DNA of 64,000 nucleotides from Escherichia coli (GTDB lineage Bacteria; Pseudomonadota; Gammaproteobacteria; Enterobacterales; Enterobacteriaceae): NCBI RefSeq assembly GCF_013315695.1, contig NZ_CP054353.1; one strand, 5' to 3'. Shown piece by piece: positions 58,570 to 64,000 of this stretch (position 1 is its first letter; each line of letters starts with the position of its first letter). The notes under the pieces were generated by a model. It saw only the letters and a program-made list of their open reading frames with translations, ran no database searches and was not told where the DNA came from. The position numbers and the translations under genes were made by a program.

Positions 58570-59589
58570 TTACCTGAAAGCAACAGTAGCCATAGCTAAC
58601 GTCGTGTCGAGCATTCGGTTAGCAAAGCCCCATTCGTTATCGCACCAGACCAACGTTTTGATCAGGTGTGCGCCACTGACCCGGGTTTGGGTGCCATCGA
58701 CAATGGCACTGTGCGGATCGTGGTTAAAATCTACAGAGACCAACGGCAATTCCGTATAGTCAACTATACCATGAAATGCACCTTGTGCTGCTTTTTGCAG
58801 CAACAGGTTGACTTCATTGGCTTTTACAGGTTTCTTCACCGTCACGCTTAAATCGATTGCCGTCACATTTATGGTTGGCACACGTACCGCAATCGCTTCA
58901 AAGCGATCGTTAAATTGCGGAAAAAATCGTGTGATACCGGCGGCCAGTTTAGTATCGACCGGAATGATCGACTGGCTGGCTGCCCGGGTGCGACGCAGGT
59001 CAGGATGGTATGCATCAATAACCTGTTGATCGTGCATGGCGGAGTGAATTGTGGTCACAGTGCCAGACTCAATACCGTACGCATCATCTAACAATTTGAT
59101 GACGGGAATTATGCAATTCGTGGTACAGGAAGCGTTAGAAACGATGCGGTGTTCCGCACGAAGTTGATCCTGATTGACGCCGTAAACAACGGTCGCGTCG
59201 AGATCGTTACTGCCAGGATGTGAAAAGAGCACTTTTTTGGCCCCGGCGGCAATATGCGCTTCGCCATGCTCGCGGGAGCCATATACGCCGGTGCAGTCGA
59301 GGACTACATCAACGCCAAGTTCACGCCAGGGGAGCGATTGTAGTGAACGTTCATGCAATACACGGATGGCGTCATCACCAACAAAAAGTTGATCGCGTTC
59401 CTGTCGTACTTCCCATGCAAAACGGCCATGGCTGGTGTCATATTTCAACAAATGCGCCATGCCCGCAGCATCCGCCAGTTCGTTGATTGCCACCACGGTA
59501 ATTTCCGCCCGGCGTCCGGATTCATACAAAGCACGAACCACATTACGCCCGATGCGACCGAAGCCATTTATCGCTACGCGTACGGTCAT
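58570..59589 (-). CDS. epd: D-erythrose-4-phosphate dehydrogenase
   Basis: 339 aa, GAPDH-family with NGFGRIGR and SCTTNC motifs. Confidence 0.9.
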
Positions 59590-59960
59590 AGATCTCCTGC
59601 AAGGTTTTCCCTGAGCAAATTTGCCAGACAGAGTAATCCAGCAAATCGTCCGGGGAAACCTTACCTGTCGCAAACTGCGACTGATTGGTTAATTGTCGAA
59701 CATTTAATCGACTGAAACGCTTCAGCTAGGATAAGCGAAACGTGGAATAAAAGGAATGATTGTCCAGTCAAAGAAGACAATTATCTGACTTACGTCACGT
59801 TTTCAGCCCCGCCCCTGTGGAATTTATTCCACTTTGCAGAATCACGAATAAGCGTAGCAAAATCTTTTCGTTGTGCCGTCACAAACCCTGACTTATATCA
59901 GAATATGACTGATGCAGCGTCGATATTATCCGCAATACGTCCGAGTTTCGGAGTACTCCA

Positions 59961-60392
59961 ATGATGACATTGCCCTACCCATATTCTTCCTCCGCACGTT
60001 TTTACGCGCTGCGCCTGCTCCCCGGGCAGGAAGTTCTCTCCCAATTACGCGCCTTCGCGCAGCAACAACAACTTCACGCCGCGTGGATTGCAGGTTGTAC
60101 CGGCAGTCTGACTGACGTCGCCTTACACTATGCCGGGCAAGAAAACACGACCCTACTAAGCGGTAAGTTCGAAGTCATCGCATTGAACGGCACGCTGGAA
60201 CAGAGTGGTGAACATCTTCATCTCTGCGTTTCCGATCCACACGGCACGATGCTTGGCGGTCATATGATGCCCGGCTGTACCGTGCGGACCACGCTTGAAC
60301 TGGTGATCGGCTGCCTTGAGGAACTGGCGTTTAGCCGCCAGCCTTGCGCGCTTTCTGGTTACGACGAGTTGCATATTTCCCCCGTTAACTAA
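59961..60392 (+). CDS. PPC-domain (DUF296) protein
   Basis: 143 aa; motif GKFEVIALNGTL resembling the conserved G-R-F-E-I-L-S-L-(S/T)-G core of PPC domains; GGAG RBS. Confidence 0.6.
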   Translation: MMTLPYPYSSSARFYALRLLPGQEVLSQLRAFAQQQQLHAAWIAGCTGSLTDVALHYAGQENTTLLSGKFEVIALNGTLEQSGEHLHLCVSDPHGTMLGGHMMPGCTVRTTLELVIGCLEELAFSRQPCALSGYDELHISPVN

Positions 60393-60414
60393 CTATTTTC
60401 AGAGAGGTTTTCTT

Positions 60415-60993
60415 ATGGCGCGTCGCCACTTTTCCAGTCAGGCGCTGGTGTTGATCGTTATATCTATCGCCATCAATATGATCGGCGGGCAACTGGCCAG
60501 CATGGTCAAATTACCTATATTTCTCGACTCCGTCGGCACACTTATTAGCGCAGTACTGCTTGGTCCGGTGATCGGGATGCTGACCGGCTTACTGACCAAT
60601 TTACTCTGGGGATTGCTGACCGACCCGATCGCCGCCGCATTTGCGCCCGTCGCGATGGTCATCGGCCTGGTCACCGGTTGGCTGGCGCGAGCGGGTTGGT
60701 TACGCACCCTGCCAAAAGTCGTTGTTAGCGGCGTGATTATTACGCTTGCGGTAACGGTCGTCGCTGTACCGCTGCGTACTGCGCTGTTCGGCGGTGTCAC
60801 CGGTAGCGGAGCCGATTTGTTCGTTGCCTGGATGCACTCTATGGGGCAAAACCTGGTGGAGTCGGTGGCGATTACGGTGATAGGCGCGAACCTGGTCGAT
60901 AAAATTCTCACGGCGGTGATTGTCTGGCTTTTACTGCGCCAGTTGCCGATTCGCACCACACGACATTTCCCGGCAATGGCTGCCGTGCGCTAA
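60415..60993 (+). CDS. Putative ECF-transporter substrate-specific (S) component, about 192 aa polytopic membrane protein
   Basis: Five to six hydrophobic helices, size typical of S components, immediately precedes T component with abutting stop/start. Confidence 0.45.
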   Translation: MARRHFSSQALVLIVISIAINMIGGQLASMVKLPIFLDSVGTLISAVLLGPVIGMLTGLLTNLLWGLLTDPIAAAFAPVAMVIGLVTGWLARAGWLRTLPKVVVSGVIITLAVTVVAVPLRTALFGGVTGSGADLFVAWMHSMGQNLVESVAITVIGANLVDKILTAVIVWLLLRQLPIRTTRHFPAMAAVR

Positions 60994-61701
60994 ATGCATC
61001 CGTTTACATCCTTAACGCTGTGGACGCTGGCGGCCTGCACCACGCTTATCCTGCCCACACAGACAATACTGCCAGTCTATAGCGCGGCGACCTTTTTCTG
61101 CCTTATTGCGCTGAAGGCCACGCGGCGGCGGGCAAAATATGTTGTCTGGCTGATGTTCTCGCTGGGGGCTGGACTGTGGCTGGTACACGGTGGCTGGCTG
61201 ACAGAATGGCTAAGCGGCACGCCACGCTCGCCAGAACGGTGGACGCATGCTATTACGCTCTGGTTGCGGATTCTGGCGATTGTTTCAACCTCGCAGTTGT
61301 GGATGCAATTCGTCCCCGTGCAACGTTTTATCCGCGCTTTGTTTGCTTCTCGCCTGCCGCCGGGCGTCGCTTATCTGTTCGCCGGGCCGTTGTTGGTCGT
61401 TGAGCAGTTAAAACGGCAATTAGCGATTATTCATGAAGCGCAGCGCGCCCGCGGCGTACCGCTGGATGAGGGCTGGTATCAGCGTTTACGTGCGATGCCC
61501 GCGCTAATTATTCCGCTAACACACAATGCGCTAAACGATCTGGCTATCCGTGGTGCGGCGTTGGACATGCGGGCATTTCGGATCCACAACCGGCGCACTA
61601 CGTTATGGGCACCGCCTGACAGTAACCTGGAAAAAGTGGCACGTTACGCCATGATCTTGCTGATGCTGGCAGAATTCGGAGCGTGGATATGGTTACGTTA
61701 G
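60994..61701 (+). CDS. ECF-transporter transmembrane (T) component (EcfT/CbiQ family)
   Basis: 235 aa membrane protein with Ala-Arg-Gly type motifs (EAQRARG, LAIRGAA) in C-terminal half. Confidence 0.6.
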   Translation: MHPFTSLTLWTLAACTTLILPTQTILPVYSAATFFCLIALKATRRRAKYVVWLMFSLGAGLWLVHGGWLTEWLSGTPRSPERWTHAITLWLRILAIVSTSQLWMQFVPVQRFIRALFASRLPPGVAYLFAGPLLVVEQLKRQLAIIHEAQRARGVPLDEGWYQRLRAMPALIIPLTHNALNDLAIRGAALDMRAFRIHNRRTTLWAPPDSNLEKVARYAMILLMLAEFGAWIWLR

Positions 61702-62366
61702 AACAGTTTAGCTATTGCCCGACACACTCAACGCATCCTCCGTTCTGTTATGACTTTCACTATGTCAAACCGGGGATAGTCGCCATCTTTGGTGACAACG
61801 GCAGTGGCAAAAGTACGCTGGCGCAACTGATGGCAGGCTGGTATCCGGACTTTCTGCCAGGAGAGATAACCGGCACGGGGACGCTTCTCGGTACGCCCAT
61901 TGGGCATATCCCGCTTAATGAACAATCCGCCACCATCCAGCTCGTTCAGCAATCGCCCTATTTGCAGCTCTCCGGCTGTACCTTTAGCGTGGAAGAAGAA
62001 GTTGCCTTTGGGCCAGAAAATCTGTGTCTTGCTGAAGAGGAGATTATGGCGCGGATTGATGCCGCCCTGACTCTGACCGAGTGCCAGCCGTTGCGCCATC
62101 GTCACCCGGCAACACTCTCCGGTGGAGAGACACAGCGTGTGGTCATCGCCTGCGCCATCGCGATGCAGCCAAAGCTCTTAATTCTTGATGAAGCCTTTAG
62201 CCGCCTGACGCCGCAGGCCTGCGAAATGCTGTTGCAGCGCTTACAACACTGGGCGCTTGAACGTGGTTCGCTGATTATTCTTTTTGAACGTCATCGTACA
62301 CCTTTCCTGAACTACTGCCAGCAAGCGTGGCAATTGCAAAACGGAGCGCTCCAGCCACTATGTTAA
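61683..62366 (+). CDS. ABC-type ATPase (EcfA-like), canonical motifs
   Basis: Walker A GDNGSGKST, signature LSGGETQRV, Walker B LLILDEAFS. Confidence 0.8.
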   Translation: MDMVTLEQFSYCPTHSTHPPFCYDFHYVKPGIVAIFGDNGSGKSTLAQLMAGWYPDFLPGEITGTGTLLGTPIGHIPLNEQSATIQLVQQSPYLQLSGCTFSVEEEVAFGPENLCLAEEEIMARIDAALTLTECQPLRHRHPATLSGGETQRVVIACAIAMQPKLLILDEAFSRLTPQACEMLLQRLQHWALERGSLIILFERHRTPFLNYCQQAWQLQNGALQPLC

Positions 62367-63037
62367 CGTTAAATCAGATAACTTATCGCTGGCCTGACGC
62401 GGCAACGGATTGTCTTTGCGACATTTCTCTGCAACTCAAACAAGGTGAATGGTTGGCGCTGACCGGCGACAATGGCGCGGGAAAATCGACGCTGTTACGA
62501 GTAATGGCAGGTCTTCTTACGCCCACAGCCGGTACGGTTATGCTGCAACAACAGGCGATGAAAAACCTGAAAAACCGCCAGCGCGCGGCAAAGATTGGCG
62601 TACTGTTTCAGGAAGCGGAAAACCAGCTTTTTCACAGCACCGTCGCTGACGAGATCGCATTTGGTTTGAAACTGCAAAAATGCCCGGCGGATGAAATCAC
62701 TCAACGTACCAATGCTGCCCTGCAATGCTGTCAGTTAGCAGACACTGCCAGCGCGCATCCGCTGGATCTGCATAGTGCGCAGCGACGGATGGTCGCCGTC
62801 GCCTGCCTGGAAGCACTCTCTCCGCCGCTATTGCTGCTGGACGAGCCGAGTCGGGATTTTGACGAAAATTGGATGAGCGTGTTTGAAAGTTGGCTGGAAA
62901 AGTGCCGCCAGCGAGGCACGAGCGTCGTAGCAATCAGTCATGACGCCGCATTTACCCGGCGTCATTTCTCTCGTGTGGTGCGACTGGAAGATGGTGTAAT
63001 CAGGAACGTTAATCCATCAGACGATATTCACCCGTAG
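62360..63037 (+). CDS. Second ABC-type ATPase (EcfA'-like) with degenerate signature motif
   Basis: Walker A GDNGAGKST, Q-loop, Walker B LLLLDEPSRD, signature position reads LHSAQRRMV; ATG overlaps stop of upstream ATPase (ctATGTTAAcg). Confidence 0.75.
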   Translation: MLTLNQITYRWPDAATDCLCDISLQLKQGEWLALTGDNGAGKSTLLRVMAGLLTPTAGTVMLQQQAMKNLKNRQRAAKIGVLFQEAENQLFHSTVADEIAFGLKLQKCPADEITQRTNAALQCCQLADTASAHPLDLHSAQRRMVAVACLEALSPPLLLLDEPSRDFDENWMSVFESWLEKCRQRGTSVVAISHDAAFTRRHFSRVVRLEDGVIRNVNPSDDIHP

Positions 63038-63722
63038 CGGTCATCATTAAGGTCAAATTTGCAGGCAGACTCTCTTCCAGCACCCGGCGAACATTCGGCC
63101 CGTCGGTACGGTCATAAAAGGCTTCTGCGTCTGCCAGCGATAACCCTCCCGCCAGCTTGCGCCCCACCAGACGCTCCCGCAACGCAGATGCGGGAGCTTT
63201 GATAAAGATCGAGAAATCACAAAATTGCGCAAGCTGGCGCCACTTCTCGTCGTCCAGCAACAACCAGTTTCCTTCGACGATGACGAGTGGTGCGGTAACG
63301 TGCAACGCATCTTCAACAGGATCATGCTTTTGTCGATCGTACTGCGGCCACGTACAATCCCCTTCCACCACCTGGCGCAGATTTTCCGCCAGTTTCGCAA
63401 CGTCAAATGTCTCTGGTGCGCCTTTGAAGGGGCGCAATTGATGCGCGTCCAGCCAGCTATTGTAATGGTGAAAACCATCCATCGGGAGCGTCTGAATAGC
63501 GGGCAGCTCCGGGTCTTGTTGCGCGAGATATTCCCAGAAGGTGGTTAGGGTAGATTTACCCGTCCCCGGCGGAGCGCAAAGAAAAACCACCGTACGCCGC
63601 TGCGGATTTACCGTCTGTAAGGCCGCCAGCATACGCAGCAACGGTTTATGCACGCGTTCTATCTCTTCATCATGGTACTGTGCCTGTATCTTCAGCCCAT
63701 TCACCGTTAATTCAATTTTCAC
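63009..63722 (-). CDS. yggC: P-loop kinase-like protein YggC
   Basis: 237 aa with Walker A APPGTGKST. Confidence 0.8.
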   Translation of the reverse strand: MKIELTVNGLKIQAQYHDEEIERVHKPLLRMLAALQTVNPQRRTVVFLCAPPGTGKSTLTTFWEYLAQQDPELPAIQTLPMDGFHHYNSWLDAHQLRPFKGAPETFDVAKLAENLRQVVEGDCTWPQYDRQKHDPVEDALHVTAPLVIVEGNWLLLDDEKWRQLAQFCDFSIFIKAPASALRERLVGRKLAGGLSLADAEAFYDRTDGPNVRRVLEESLPANLTLMMTATGEYRLMD

Positions 63723-64000
63723 GGCGTTAATTCCTTTAAGGTGGTCGTTACTGCCAGCGTCAGCGCCGTTTTGACCATCCCGCTAAAACGCGCCTCTGAC
63801 CAGACGGCGAAATCGGCGAACTTCATCGCTTTCAACGCGTCATAGAGCGTCGCATTGCGGGTTATGCTATTGACGTTGCTGATAAAATCCCAGGTCATAT
63901 CATCAGCAAATCCGGGCGTTTCATCCTGTTCGTTCAGGTAATGCCAGAACTGGGAAAAATGCGTGATATCGGCGTACAGCCATTTATCCATTTTCCCCAG
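63719..64000 (-). CDS. yggD: MtlR-like regulator YggD, 3' part only; 5' end lies beyond the window
   Basis: Open frame continues to window edge; synteny with yggC. Confidence 0.55.
   Translation of the reverse strand: MGKMDKWLYADITHFSQFWHYLNEQDETPGFADDMTWDFISNVNSITRNATLYDALKAMKFADFAVWSEARFSGMVKTALTLAVTTTLKELTP

Noticed and set aside
59590..59960. Possible riboswitch upstream of the PPC-ECF operon
   Set aside because: No recognisable TPP, FMN, cobalamin or preQ1 consensus elements could be identified by eye; region is shared with the epd promoter; needs an Rfam scan

Overview
This 64 kb window reads as Escherichia coli / Shigella-type chromosome with the gene order of the K-12 ~65 min region. 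All calls come from reading the six-frame translations, recognisable protein families and recalled K-12 synteny; no database search or alignment was run, and start codons are best guesses. Layout: (1) 1-6657, a visibly AT-rich remnant of the ETT2 type III secretion island (ygeG, HilA-like ygeH, ygeI, IagB-like pbl, LuxR-type ygeK, OrgB/OrgA-like, PrgK/PrgJ/PrgI homologues eprK/eprJ/eprI). (2) 6658-15354, two identical 768-bp IS1 copies in inverted orientation bracketing a block (ygeV 3' fragment, xdhCBA, ygeR, tRNA-Gly glyU, a secreted GH15-like protein) that lies inverted relative to both flanks, with gene truncations at three of four junctions. (3) 15355-41500, conserved core: uacT fragment, idi, lysS, prfB (programmed +1 frameshift), recJ, dsbC, xerD, fldB, cptA/sdhE, ygfZ, yqfA, yqfB, bglA, gcvPHT, ubiI/ubiH, pepP, ygfB, zapA, 6S RNA (ssrS), ygfA, sibC/ibsC, serA, rpiA. 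(4) 41656-44946, a small accessory module between rpiA and argP: LysR regulator, AzoR-like flavoprotein, DUF1471 periplasmic protein, NOX/ferric-reductase-like flavocytochrome. (5) 45017-59589: argP, scpA-argK-scpB-scpC, ygfI (inactivated by a 23-bp tandem duplication), yggE, argO (split by a third IS1 with a perfect 9-bp target duplication), mscS, fbaA, pgk, epd. (6) 59961-63037, a compact five-gene operon between epd and yggC that I do not recall in K-12: PPC/DUF296 protein plus an ECF-type transporter (S, T, A, A'). This is the best candidate for an uncharacterised system in the window, though it may simply be a known accessory locus of other strains. (7) yggC and part of yggD. No CRISPR array, rRNA or prophage-like content was seen.
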